Notes under the pieces: generated by a model
Database searches by the model: none
Seen by the model: only the letters and a program-made list of their open reading frames with translations
What the model was told of the DNA's origin: nothing
Source of the DNA: Christensenella sp. UBA6880
GTDB taxonomy: Bacteria; Bacillota; Clostridia; Christensenellales; CAG-917
Length of the DNA: 64,000 nucleotides
Reading direction: 5' to 3'
Assembly (NCBI GenBank): GCA_002449145.1
Contig: DKCG01000041.1
Coordinates: 37,791 to 101,790, forward strand
Made by a program: the position numbers and the translations under genes
Part shown: positions 1-9,407 of the stretch, piece by piece
How positions within the stretch are numbered: position 1 is the stretch's first letter
How the letters are laid out: the number at the start of each line of letters is the position of its first letter

Positions 1-209
1 CGAAAACTCTCGTCGAAGAATCCAAAATCGTTATGAGAAACGCTCGCCGCGACGCTATCGAAGATCTCAAAAAGATCCAAAAGGCGTCCACGATCACCGA
101 AGACGATTTGAAGAGTTATACCGAAGACGTTGACAAGACTCTTTCCAAGAATACCGACGAAGTGGACAAACTGTTCAAGGAAAAAGAGCAAGAGATTCTT
201 TCAATCTAA
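1..209 (+). CDS. frr: ribosome recycling factor, C-terminal fragment (gene starts upstream of the window)
   Basis: Frame 3 reads ...IVMRNARRDAIEDLKKIQKASTITEDDLKSYTEDVDKTLSKNTDEVDKLFKEKEQEILSI*, a typical Frr C-terminus. Stop TAA 207-209 overlaps the uppS ATG (TAATG). frr-uppS-cdsA synteny. Confidence 0.85.
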   Translation, partial: KTLVEESKIVMRNARRDAIEDLKKIQKASTITEDDLKSYTEDVDKTLSKNTDEVDKLFKEKEQEILSI

Positions 210-862
210 TGAGTGCAAAGCATATCGGATTTATTATGGACGGAAACGGCAGGTGGGCGGTTGCTCACGGTATGTCGCGTCAAGAGGGCTACGCTCACGG
301 GCTTGTGGCTCTTTATAAGGTTGCAAAAAGGTGCTGCGAGCGCGGCGTGGAAGCGGTTTCCGTCTACGCTTTGTCAACGGAAAACTTGAACCGTCCGCAA
401 GAGGAACTCGATTCCATATTCAAAGTCGTCGAAAAATTCAATTTGACGTACGACGGCGAATATAAGATTTCGTATATGGGCGATTTCAGCAGCCTTGACG
501 ACAAACTTGCCGATTCGATCGAGCAAGTCGAGGAAAAAACTTACGATAACAAAGGAATGTGGCTCAATATTGCGTTCAATTACAGTGCAAGAGCAGACAT
601 TTTGCACGCGGCAAAGGTTGCGTACGACCACGGCGAGTTTTTGGAAGATACATTTGAAAAACATCTTTCGTCGTCACATCTTCCGCCTCTCGACCTTATC
701 GTGCGAAGCGGCGGCGAAATGAGATTGTCCGATTTTATGCTCTACGAAGCGGCGTATGCGGAACTTATGTTCCTCGACAAATTCTGGCCGGATATGGACG
801 AGCGCGACGTTGACAAAATTCTCGACGACTTCGATAAGCGTGTGAGAAAATTCGGGAAATAA
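209..862 (+). CDS. uppS: undecaprenyl diphosphate synthase (cis-prenyltransferase)
   Basis: 217-aa ORF with the N-terminal FIMDGNGRWA motif and the C-terminal RLSDFMLYE..ELMF pattern of UppS. Lies between frr and cdsA. Confidence 0.93.
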   Translation: MSAKHIGFIMDGNGRWAVAHGMSRQEGYAHGLVALYKVAKRCCERGVEAVSVYALSTENLNRPQEELDSIFKVVEKFNLTYDGEYKISYMGDFSSLDDKLADSIEQVEEKTYDNKGMWLNIAFNYSARADILHAAKVAYDHGEFLEDTFEKHLSSSHLPPLDLIVRSGGEMRLSDFMLYEAAYAELMFLDKFWPDMDERDVDKILDDFDKRVRKFGK

Positions 863-990
863 CGGATTTTGTGCGAATTTCGGCAAAATCCGATTTTTCG
901 TTTGTAATTAGATATTTTTTTGCAAGCGGTTTGCCGTTTGCACAGCGCATCGATTGCAATGTTTGCGGGCGAATGCGCCATGAGGTGTTT

Positions 991-1983
991 ATGCTGAAAA
1001 GAACGATTACTGCGATAGTGCTTCTTTTTTTCGTTGCGGGATTTTTGGTATGCGGCTATTTCAAAAGCCCGATTTTCGTCGATATGCTGATTTTGCTTTT
1101 CTTGGCAGGCTCGGTTTTCGAGATGTACAAATGCTTCAAAGACGCAGGCTACAAGATGTTTGCCGCCCCCGTCGTTTTGATGTTGGTTGCGGCGTACCCC
1201 GTGTATTACACGATGCAATACTACGTCGGCGCAGGCGCGACGAACACCAGCGTAGGTATTCAAGGTCTGTTGATGGTGCTTCTTGCAAGTTCGATGCTCG
1301 CGCTTACGATTTTTACGTTCAAACCTGCAAAGCACACTCAAAAAGAAGTCGACGAAGCAAAAGAGCAGGGTATAGAACTCGAACTCGATTCGTCAAAAGC
1401 GTGCGAACTCAAAGATTTACTCGCAAATATTTTCATTCTCGTATATCCGACGCTGTTCCTTATGAGCGCGTGGATAGTAAGTTACAAATACAGCGCGTTG
1501 TTTGCCGTTCCGTTTGCGATTTTAGTGCCGATTATCGGGAGCGATACGTTTGCGTACTGGTTCGGCTCTATGATAGGCGGAAAGAAACTTTGCCCCAAAA
1601 TCAGCCCTAAAAAGACGATTGCGGGCGGCGTCGGCGGTCTTGTCGGCGGTATGGTCGTTTCTATGCTGTTTTGGCTTCTTTTCGAGATGTTTGCCGACAA
1701 ATATCCGACTTTCATCGCAGGTTGCGGCTATACGGCGTTCTTTGCGCACGATATGAGCGGTTGGCAATGGAAAAGCGCGCTCGTGTACCTCGCAATAGGT
1801 CTCGTTTGCGGCGCGATAAGCGAACTGGGCGACCTTGCCGCTTCGCGTATCAAACGTGCGCTCGGCATAAAGGATTACGGCAAGATTTTCCCCGGACACG
1901 GCGGTTTTATGGACAGAATCGACAGCGTTATGTACTGTCTCGTCGTGCTGCTCGTGGCATTCTCTTGCATTTACGGTTATTGA
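991..1983 (+). CDS. cdsA: phosphatidate cytidylyltransferase (CDP-diglyceride synthase)
   Basis: ORF 871-1983. ATG 991 (MLKRTITAIVLLFFV...) chosen as the start. Multi-TM protein with the C-terminal GHGGFMDRIDS signature. Confidence 0.88.
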   Translation: MLKRTITAIVLLFFVAGFLVCGYFKSPIFVDMLILLFLAGSVFEMYKCFKDAGYKMFAAPVVLMLVAAYPVYYTMQYYVGAGATNTSVGIQGLLMVLLASSMLALTIFTFKPAKHTQKEVDEAKEQGIELELDSSKACELKDLLANIFILVYPTLFLMSAWIVSYKYSALFAVPFAILVPIIGSDTFAYWFGSMIGGKKLCPKISPKKTIAGGVGGLVGGMVVSMLFWLLFEMFADKYPTFIAGCGYTAFFAHDMSGWQWKSALVYLAIGLVCGAISELGDLAASRIKRALGIKDYGKIFPGHGGFMDRIDSVMYCLVVLLVAFSCIYGY

Positions 1984-2125
1984 TTCTTTCATACGGATTT
2001 AATAATCGACGGTTATACTGATAATCGCAATCGAAAAATAAATCGATTGCAACCACAAAGGCAATAAAAAATCCGCAAAAGACTTCAAATCTCTGCCTAT
2101 GCGGCGCGCGGATTTTAAGGATAAA

Positions 2126-3277
2126 ATGAAAACAATCACCATACTCGGAAGTACAGGCTCTGTCGGCAGACAAGTGCTTGACTCGGTTTGCGCACACCCC
2201 GACGTGTTTAAGGTCGTCGGGCTTTCGGCTTATACCAACGAATCGCTTTTGCGTGAACAAATCGAAAAATTCAATCCCACTCATTACTATTTCCCAAACG
2301 GCGCGGTTGAAGTGCAAAGTTCGCTTTTCGACTTTTTGGAAGACGACAAAACCTCGAAATGCCTTTCTTCGCTCGAAGAACTTGCAAGTATTCCGTCGGA
2401 TATAGTCGTTTTGGCGGTTACGGGAATAGCAGGGCTTTGGGCTGCCGTCGCTACGCTTAAAAGAGGCGGAACTCTTGCGATTGCAAACAAGGAAACTATC
2501 GTATGTGCGGGGCGTCATCTCAAATTCCTCGAAAAAAAGTACGGCGGAAAGATTTTGCCGCTCGATACCGAACATTCCGCAATTTTCTCGTGCCTTAGGG
2601 GCGAAGATAAAAAGTGCGTAAGAAGCCTCGTTCTGACGGCAAGCGGCGGCGCGCTTCGCGACGTTCCCACAAGTCAACTGGCAAAAGTCAAGGCAGAGGA
2701 CGCGCTGAAGCACCCCGTATGGAATATGGGCAAAAAGGTCACAATCGATTCGGCTACGCTGTTCAACAAGGGACTTGAAGTCATCGAGGCAATGCGCCTT
2801 TTCGAAGTGGAAGCAAAGGACGTGAAAGTGGTTATGCACAGAGAAAGCATAGTTCATTCGCTCGTCGAATTTACCGACGGAGGTATGAAAGGGTTGTTTT
2901 CCGTGCCCGATATGCGACTTGCGATAGAAACCGCGCTTTATTATCCCGAACACGGCAAAGACAGCGTTGCGCCGCTCGACCTTGCAAAACTCGGTTCGCT
3001 TTCTTTTTCCGCACCCGATTACGACAGATTCCCGTGCCTTAAAATCGCAATAGACGCGGCAAACGCAGGCGAGGGCGCGTGCATTGCGGTATCCGCCGCA
3101 GACGAAGTTCTCGTCGAGGAATTTTTGAAAGGTAAAATCAAATATCCCGAAATCGCAATCGCGCTTTCAAAGGTATTTGCAAAATTCAAAAAGGTCGGAA
3201 ACGTCGAACTCGAAGACGTACTTGGCATAGACGAGCAAGCAAGAAAATACACTTATTCTGTGATAGGAGTGAAATAG
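2126..3277 (+). CDS. dxr: 1-deoxy-D-xylulose 5-phosphate reductoisomerase
   Basis: ORF 2099-3277. ATG 2126 gives MKTITILGSTGSVGRQ (NADPH-binding motif) after an AAGGA SD. Full-length DXR-like sequence. Stop TAG overlaps the rseP GTG. Confidence 0.93.
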   Translation: MKTITILGSTGSVGRQVLDSVCAHPDVFKVVGLSAYTNESLLREQIEKFNPTHYYFPNGAVEVQSSLFDFLEDDKTSKCLSSLEELASIPSDIVVLAVTGIAGLWAAVATLKRGGTLAIANKETIVCAGRHLKFLEKKYGGKILPLDTEHSAIFSCLRGEDKKCVRSLVLTASGGALRDVPTSQLAKVKAEDALKHPVWNMGKKVTIDSATLFNKGLEVIEAMRLFEVEAKDVKVVMHRESIVHSLVEFTDGGMKGLFSVPDMRLAIETALYYPEHGKDSVAPLDLAKLGSLSFSAPDYDRFPCLKIAIDAANAGEGACIAVSAADEVLVEEFLKGKIKYPEIAIALSKVFAKFKKVGNVELEDVLGIDEQARKYTYSVIGVK

Positions 3278-4599
3278 TGTTCTTAATTTGCGCAACGGCA
3301 AGCGAAGTTTTCACATATATCGGATACGTCATCGTAGCCGTTCTTGCGCTTATGGCAATGATTGTCATACACGAACTCGGACATTACACCGCCGGCAAAT
3401 TGCTCGGATTCAAAATCGACGAGTTCGCAATAGGTTTCGGACCCGCAATCATCAAAAAACGCAATAAAAAGACGGGCGAATTGTTTACGCTTCGTCCGTT
3501 TCCCATAGGCGGATTTTGCGCTTTTCACGGCGAGGACGCCGAAGGCGCAATGGTTGACGAAAACGGAAATCAGGTCAAAGACGAAAACGGAAATATCGTA
3601 AAAGACCCCGACGCATTCAACAATCAGAAGGCTTGGAAACGCCTTATCGTGCTGTTTTCGGGCGCGTTTATGAACTTTTTGAGCGCAATCGTCATTATAA
3701 CGATATATTTTACCGCATACGGTCAGTTGCTTCCGAACGTCGTGGGCGTTCGCAATACCGCAACGTATCAGAACGTTTTTCAAGAGGGCGACGTCATTCT
3801 CAATATAAACGGAAAGCAAGTCAACATTATGCTTCAAGAGGACCTGGACAACGCGTTCAAGGATTTGTCCGACGATTCCTACTTTTGGGTTTTGAGAGGC
3901 GGACAACGCGTAAAAATCAACGCGCACAAAGTCTATTATAATCCGTTCGACGAGGACGATTTCATATACGCGATAAACGGAAAAGAACTCGAAACGCCCA
4001 TAGTCGCAAGTGCGCTCGGCGAGTACGCTGAGCAAAACGGTATCGACCAAACGCAAAAAATTACGCTAGTCGTGGTCAAATACGGCACGGACGGCAAAAT
4101 TGTCGAAAAAAGTTCTATGAGCGTGCAAAAAGGCGTTGTCGAGGGCGATTCCGAGGGATTTTACAGTTACGGGTTCGGCATAACACGCAGCCTTACGCAC
4201 GCGAAACTTCCGTTTTTCCTCGCATTCGGCAGAGCGTGGGGATTCAGTTTCTTCATCGTATTCAAGATTCTCGCCTCGCTCGGCGCACTTATTACGGGTA
4301 AATCGGGCATAGAAAACGCGGGCGGCACGATTACGACAATCAAGATGATGGCGCAAGTGTCTTCGCTCGGATTCGACAGTTTCCTGTACGTCGTTGCGAT
4401 AATCTCGGCAAACCTTGCGGTTATGAACTTGTTGCCGTTTCCCGCGCTCGACGGAAGCAGAATGCTGTTTACGCTGATTGAAATGATATTCAGAAAACCC
4501 GTACCGAGAAAAATCGAGGGCATAATCCACACGGTGGGACTCGTGTTGTTGATCGTGCTTGCGGTGTTCCTCGACATATTCCATTTGGTGAAAGGATAA
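3277..4599 (+). CDS. rseP: RIP zinc metalloprotease (site-2 protease, RseP/RasP family)
   Basis: 440 aa with a GTG start. HELGHY zinc motif in the first TM region, a PDZ-like central part, and LLPFPALDGSRM (LDG motif) in a C-terminal TM. Conserved position after dxr. Confidence 0.88.
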   Translation: MFLICATASEVFTYIGYVIVAVLALMAMIVIHELGHYTAGKLLGFKIDEFAIGFGPAIIKKRNKKTGELFTLRPFPIGGFCAFHGEDAEGAMVDENGNQVKDENGNIVKDPDAFNNQKAWKRLIVLFSGAFMNFLSAIVIITIYFTAYGQLLPNVVGVRNTATYQNVFQEGDVILNINGKQVNIMLQEDLDNAFKDLSDDSYFWVLRGGQRVKINAHKVYYNPFDEDDFIYAINGKELETPIVASALGEYAEQNGIDQTQKITLVVVKYGTDGKIVEKSSMSVQKGVVEGDSEGFYSYGFGITRSLTHAKLPFFLAFGRAWGFSFFIVFKILASLGALITGKSGIENAGGTITTIKMMAQVSSLGFDSFLYVVAIISANLAVMNLLPFPALDGSRMLFTLIEMIFRKPVPRKIEGIIHTVGLVLLIVLAVFLDIFHLVKG

Positions 4600-4610
4600 A
4601 GGTGCAAATT

Positions 4611-5663
4611 ATGACAGAACGAAAGAAAACGAGACAAGTCAGCGTAGGAAACGTGAAAATCGGCGGCGACGCACCTATAACCGTTCAATCTATGTTGAAT
4701 ACGAAAACGACGGACATCGAAGGTTCGCTCGCGCAAATAAATGCGCTTAAAGCGGTCGGTTGCGACCTCATTCGCCTTGCAGTGCCCGACGAGGATTCGG
4801 CAAGAGCGTTCGGCATAATCGCAAAAGAGTGCGGTTTGCCGCTCATTGCGGACATACATTACAACTACAAACTTGCGCATATGGCACTCGACGCTGGCGC
4901 AAAGAAAATCCGTATGAATCCCGGAAATATGCGCGATTTTTCGCAAATCAAACCGCTTGCCGAAAGAATGATAGATATGGGCATACCCGTGCGCGTGGGC
5001 GTGAACGGCGGCTCGCTCGACCCGAAATACAAGGGAATGGACGAGGCGCGCGCACTTTGCGAAAGCGCACTCGAATGTGCAAACGTCTTTGAAAGCGTGG
5101 GTATGAAAGACATAGTGATTGCAATCAAGCACTCTGACACGCTTCTCAACATAAAGGCAAACAGAATGCTGTCGAGTATGTGCGACTATCCGCTTCATAT
5201 AGGCGTGACGGAAGCGGGAACGCTTCGCACGGGGCTCGTAAAATCCGCAATCGGCATAGGAACGTTGCTAAGCGAGGGGATAGGCGACACTATCCGCGTT
5301 TCGCTTTCAACCAACGTTTGCGAAGAAGTGCTTGCGGGCAAAAAGATACTTCAAACTCTCGGACTTCGCAAAAACGCAGTGGAAGTCGTGGCTTGTCCGA
5401 CTTGCGCAAGAACGGAAATCGACGTCGAAGGACTTGCAAACAAAGTCGAAACTATGACGGCGGGAATAAACAAGCCGCTCAAAATATCCGTTCTCGGCTG
5501 TCCGCTCAACGGAATAGGCGAGGGCGAACACAGCGACCTCGGCATTGCGGGCGGAAAAGAAAAGAGCGTGATATTGCTTCACGGCAAGATTTACAAAACC
5601 GTGCCGAGCGAACGTCTTATGCAAGAATTTGAAAAAATTCTGCAAGATGTTTTATCAAATTGA
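4611..5663 (+). CDS. ispG: 4-hydroxy-3-methylbut-2-en-1-yl diphosphate synthase (flavodoxin type)
   Basis: ATG 4611 lies 6 nt after an AAGGTG SD (the track ORF starts at GTG 4602). GcpE-like throughout, with the cysteine motifs ACPTCART and LGCPLNGIGE. Confidence 0.92.
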   Translation: MTERKKTRQVSVGNVKIGGDAPITVQSMLNTKTTDIEGSLAQINALKAVGCDLIRLAVPDEDSARAFGIIAKECGLPLIADIHYNYKLAHMALDAGAKKIRMNPGNMRDFSQIKPLAERMIDMGIPVRVGVNGGSLDPKYKGMDEARALCESALECANVFESVGMKDIVIAIKHSDTLLNIKANRMLSSMCDYPLHIGVTEAGTLRTGLVKSAIGIGTLLSEGIGDTIRVSLSTNVCEEVLAGKKILQTLGLRKNAVEVVACPTCARTEIDVEGLANKVETMTAGINKPLKISVLGCPLNGIGEGEHSDLGIAGGKEKSVILLHGKIYKTVPSERLMQEFEKILQDVLSN

Positions 5664-5705
5664 CAAAAATATAGAATACTTTTCGACAAAAATCGCGAGG
5701 ATTTT

Positions 5706-7298
5706 ATGGCTACAAAGTTTTTTGAAGAATTTATGGTAAGAAGCAAAGGCGAGTTTCCGATGCTCAAACTTAACAGCGCAACCTACTATAAGGACAAAAG
5801 AGAGTTGGTGGTTAAGTTTATTATTTCCGCATTCGAAGTGCGCTCCTTCGACGAGGAAAGCAAAAAGAAAGTGCAATCGATTATCGAACAAATGTTTTCG
5901 GGCGTTTCGGTGAGCGTGCAGTACATAAGAACGTATGCGGACAACAACGTCGTAAAGAATAAGGTTTCCGAGTTTTTCAACCGCACGAATCAAATGATTT
6001 TCAGGCGCATAAACGACGATACGCTCAAAATCGATGTGGGCGACAACGACATCGACGTGAAATTCGTTTTCGACACGCCGACGTACAAACTTTTGACCGC
6101 GGGGGATTTACTTGCAAGGCTCGAAGAATATCTCGATTGCTCCTTCAATCAAAACATCGACATAATCGCCGAAGAAAGCCTCTATTCAGAGCAAAAAGAG
6201 GAAGATTTGGATATACATATCGACACGACGTTGCACGCCGATTCCGCATTGCGACTCGTGAGCGCGAGAGTGGGCGAAAAAGTGTATTCGAGAGGCAAAA
6301 TCGACGGTATTTCGCAAATGCCGAACTACATCGTCGATGTAAAAGGCGCGTGCGACAACATCGTTTTGTGCGGTAAAATCTCGCAAATCGAGAAAAAATC
6401 CTACAAAAACAAGAAGTATAATCCCGACGACCCCAAGAGCGGACCGGAAACGTTGCCGTTCGTAAAATTCGTTCTCGACGACACGACGGCGAGAATCGAG
6501 GGCGTGAGTTTCGTGGGAAAGGACGAGGACGCAGACAAAATCGTCGAACTCAAAGAGCAATCACAAGTCATTTGTATGGGCAAAGTCACGTGGTCGCAGT
6601 ATTCGGGCGCGTGGTCTTTCCAAGTGAACGCAATGTTCGAGGCGGACATCGATTTTGACAGCATTCACCTCAAATCCGTCAAGCCGTTGCCTGAAAAATA
6701 CACGACGATTATGCCGCAAAAATACGTCGATATGTCCGAAAAGACCTTGTTAGATGTTGAAAAACCCGCGAAAGTCATAAGCGACTATTTCAAGGATAAA
6801 ACCTTTGTCATATTCGACCTCGAAACGACCGACTTAAAGACGGAAACCGCAGAGATAATCGAACTTGCCGCACTGAAAGTGGTGAACGGCGTGCCTACCG
6901 AAACTTTCCAAACGCTCATAAAACCGCTTGCGGCGATTCCCGAAGAAATAACATCCATCACGCATATTTCAAACGCTATGGTGCTTGACGCGCCGAACGT
7001 AGAAAGCGTGATTCCCGATTTTTATAAGTTTGCGCACGGCTCGATACTTTGCGGACACAACATTGCGGGCTACGATTTCCCCATTCTTTCAAGAATCGGC
7101 GAAAAGAACGGATACGTTTTCAACAACGAACTTTGCGACACTCTGTTGCTTGCAAGGCGTTATCTTACCGAACTTCCTAACTGTAAACTCGAAACTATTT
7201 CAAAAGCGTACGGAATTTCACACGAGAATGCGCACCGCGCAATGAGCGACGTGTACGCCACTTTCGGCGCGCTCGAAGAAATCGCAAAGAGAATGTAA
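5706..7298 (+). CDS. PolC-like N-terminal/OB-fold protein fused to a DEDDh (DnaQ/epsilon-type) 3'-5' exonuclease, with no PHP or polymerase domains
   Basis: 530 aa, GAGG SD 5 nt upstream. Exo motifs FVIFDLETTDL, GHNIAGYDFPIL and HRAMSDVYAT; IIELAALKV resembles PolC exo IIELAAVKV. The middle part has a PolC OB-domain-like pattern. Occupies the polC slot before rimP-nusA. Confidence 0.7.
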   Translation: MATKFFEEFMVRSKGEFPMLKLNSATYYKDKRELVVKFIISAFEVRSFDEESKKKVQSIIEQMFSGVSVSVQYIRTYADNNVVKNKVSEFFNRTNQMIFRRINDDTLKIDVGDNDIDVKFVFDTPTYKLLTAGDLLARLEEYLDCSFNQNIDIIAEESLYSEQKEEDLDIHIDTTLHADSALRLVSARVGEKVYSRGKIDGISQMPNYIVDVKGACDNIVLCGKISQIEKKSYKNKKYNPDDPKSGPETLPFVKFVLDDTTARIEGVSFVGKDEDADKIVELKEQSQVICMGKVTWSQYSGAWSFQVNAMFEADIDFDSIHLKSVKPLPEKYTTIMPQKYVDMSEKTLLDVEKPAKVISDYFKDKTFVIFDLETTDLKTETAEIIELAALKVVNGVPTETFQTLIKPLAAIPEEITSITHISNAMVLDAPNVESVIPDFYKFAHGSILCGHNIAGYDFPILSRIGEKNGYVFNNELCDTLLLARRYLTELPNCKLETISKAYGISHENAHRAMSDVYATFGALEEIAKRM

Positions 7299-7472
7299 TA
7301 TCCGCAAAATCGCAACCGAGCGTAAACGTAAATCGCATAAGTGATTGCAAAAACGGTTGTAAAAAACGCCTAAAAGCGATTATTGCAAGGACAATTATTG
7401 CAAAAGCGATTGCAAAAGAAAAAGAAAATCGTAAAATATATAAATATATTTTGTGTTATCGGCATAAAACGC

Positions 7473-7501
7473 TTGCAATGCGCGGTTTTATGTGATACTA
7501 T
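7473..7501 (+). promoter_or_regulatory. sigma-A type promoter of the rimP-nusA-infB operon
   Basis: TTGCAA (7473-7478), 17-nt spacer, TGaTACTAT extended -10 (TACTAT 7496-7501). Predicted +1 near 7508, giving a 90-nt leader before the rimP ATG. Confidence 0.6.
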
Positions 7502-7526
7502 TTAGATACTATAGTAAAACCTTACT

Positions 7527-7555
7527 AGAGTGAGCGACGGCTCACTCTTTGTTTT
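7527..7555 (+). terminator. leader stem-loop / intrinsic terminator-like attenuator upstream of rimP-nusA
   Basis: 9-bp perfect stem AGAGTGAGC/GCTCACTCT with loop GACG, followed by TTGTTTT. A second hairpin, GACGATT...AATCGTC (7563-7583), abuts the SD. Confidence 0.6.
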
Positions 7556-7597
7556 AGAAGGGACGATTCGACAAAAATCGTCTTTAAGAGGTGCTGT

Positions 7598-8074
7598 ATG
7601 GCAAACGAAATTGCGGTTGAAGTCCGCGAAAAAGTGAAGAATCTCGCTCTCGAAGCGGTAAACGAAGCGGACGAGAATATCGAACTCGTGGACGTGGCGT
7701 TCTACAAGCAGTACGGAAAACTCACCGTCGAGGCTCTTTTGTGGAAGAAAGAAGGAATCGACCTTGACGACTGCGAAAAGGTGCATAATCTGCTTTCTGC
7801 AAAACTCGATTCGATAGAGGACGATTTCGACGACGATTACGTTCTGAACGTTTCCTCGCAAGGTCTCGACAGAAAAATCGTGACCAACGACGATTTCAGA
7901 CGCGCGCTCGACACCGAAATCGAGGTTTTCGACAAAAACAAGAAAAAATCGCACGGAACGCTTTTGAGTTTCGACGACGAAAACATCGTGATAAAAACCG
8001 ACGGAAAAAATCCGAAGGAAGTTAAAATACAAAGAAATTTATTGACCAAAGTACAACCATACGTCAGGTTTTAG
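7598..8074 (+). CDS. rimP: ribosome maturation factor RimP
   Basis: 158 aa with an SSQGLDRKI motif (RimP SSPGLDRPL-like). Immediately upstream of nusA. Confidence 0.9.
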   Translation: MANEIAVEVREKVKNLALEAVNEADENIELVDVAFYKQYGKLTVEALLWKKEGIDLDDCEKVHNLLSAKLDSIEDDFDDDYVLNVSSQGLDRKIVTNDDFRRALDTEIEVFDKNKKKSHGTLLSFDDENIVIKTDGKNPKEVKIQRNLLTKVQPYVRF

Positions 8075-8086
8075 GAGGACATAACA

Positions 8087-9157
8087 ATGATTAACAAAGA
8101 GTTCTTTCAAGCATTGGACGATCTTGAAAAGGAACAACGCATTCCCAAAGAGTCAATGATTGAATCGATCGAAGCAGGGCTTGTGTCCGCGTACAAGAAA
8201 GAATACGGCTTTGCAAGTCAGATTTCCGTTCGTCTCAATGAGGAAAAAATGACCTACAAAGTGTACGCGCACAAACTCGTCGTGGACGAAGTCGAAGACG
8301 AGGAATCTCAAATTTCTCTCGAAGACGCGCAAGACATCGACAAAAAGTACAAAATCGGCGACGTAGTCATCGAAGACATCACGCCCAAGGACTTTTCTCG
8401 TATCGCAGCGCAAACCGCAAAACAAGTCATTTTGCAACGCATCAACGACTATAAGAAGGAACTCGTGCTCAACGAAATGAGCGAGCGCACGGGCGAAATC
8501 CTCAGCGCAATCGTAAGAAGAAAGGAAGGAAACACCGTCTACGTTGAAATCACCGGCACGCAAATGGAAGGCGTTATGATGCAACAAGACCAAGTTCCCA
8601 CCGAAACGTACAACGTGAACGACGTCATCAAAGTGTACGTCAAGAAAATCCGCGACGGTATGCACGGCGCACAAGTGGTCGTGTCGAGAAGTTCGGCGGG
8701 CTTCGTTCGCAGACTCTTTGAACTCGAAGTTCCCGAAATCAAGGCGGGACTCGTCAAAATCAACAGCATCGTTCGCGAAGCGGGATTCCGCACCAAACTC
8801 GCAGTGTCGAGCGAAGACCCCAACGTCGACGCAGTCGGAAGTTGCATCGGTAACAAGGGCGTCAGAGTCAACGCGGTCGTTGCGGAACTCGGCGGCGAAA
8901 AGATCGACGTCATCGAATATTGCGACGATCCTATCGAGTATATCGCTCGCGCGCTTTCGCCCGCACAAGTGCTTATGGTTTCCATCAACGAGGAAGAAAA
9001 GAACGCAAAGGTTATCGTTCCCGACGAGAAACTCTCGCTTGCAATCGGCAGAAGCGGTCAAAACGCTCGTCTTGCGGCAAAACTTACCGGCTGGAAGATA
9101 GACGTCAAACCTTATTCCACGCTCAAAGTAGACGAGCAAGAAGTGCAAGGTGAATAA
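8087..9157 (+). CDS. nusA: transcription termination/antitermination factor NusA
   Basis: 356 aa with an S1 domain plus two KH domains (IGNKGVRVNAV; IGRSGQNARLAAKLTGWKIDV). Conserved operon position. Confidence 0.96.
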   Translation: MINKEFFQALDDLEKEQRIPKESMIESIEAGLVSAYKKEYGFASQISVRLNEEKMTYKVYAHKLVVDEVEDEESQISLEDAQDIDKKYKIGDVVIEDITPKDFSRIAAQTAKQVILQRINDYKKELVLNEMSERTGEILSAIVRRKEGNTVYVEITGTQMEGVMMQQDQVPTETYNVNDVIKVYVKKIRDGMHGAQVVVSRSSAGFVRRLFELEVPEIKAGLVKINSIVREAGFRTKLAVSSEDPNVDAVGSCIGNKGVRVNAVVAELGGEKIDVIEYCDDPIEYIARALSPAQVLMVSINEEEKNAKVIVPDEKLSLAIGRSGQNARLAAKLTGWKIDVKPYSTLKVDEQEVQGE

Positions 9158-9158
9158 A

Positions 9159-9407
9159 ATGTCCTATCCCAAGAACACCCGAAAATGCGTCGTGTGCAAG
9201 GAACACGCCGACAAGTCCGAAATGTTGAGATTCGTCAAAGACAAGGACGGAAAAGTGTTTCTCGACCGCTCGCAAAAAGCGGACGGCAGGGGCGTTTGGG
9301 TGCATAATTGCGAGGACTGCATACAAAAACTTATCAGAAAAAAGACTCTCAACGCCGCGTTCAAACGCAACGTCGGCGACGAGATATACGGTGAGATAAA
9401 TGAGTAA
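9159..9407 (+). CDS. ylxR: YlxR/RnpM family RNA-binding protein (DUF448)
   Basis: RKCVVCKEHADKSEMLRFV signature. ATG 9159 lies after an AAGGTGA SD (the track ORF begins at GTG 9150, inside the nusA end). Confidence 0.85.
   Translation: MSYPKNTRKCVVCKEHADKSEMLRFVKDKDGKVFLDRSQKADGRGVWVHNCEDCIQKLIRKKTLNAAFKRNVGDEIYGEINE

Noticed and set aside
871-990. Upstream extension of cdsA (track ORF starts at 871)
   Set aside because: The extra 40 codons (MRISAKSDFSFVIRYFFASG...) are not CdsA-like and overlap the uppS terminus region. ATG 991 begins directly with the first TM helix.
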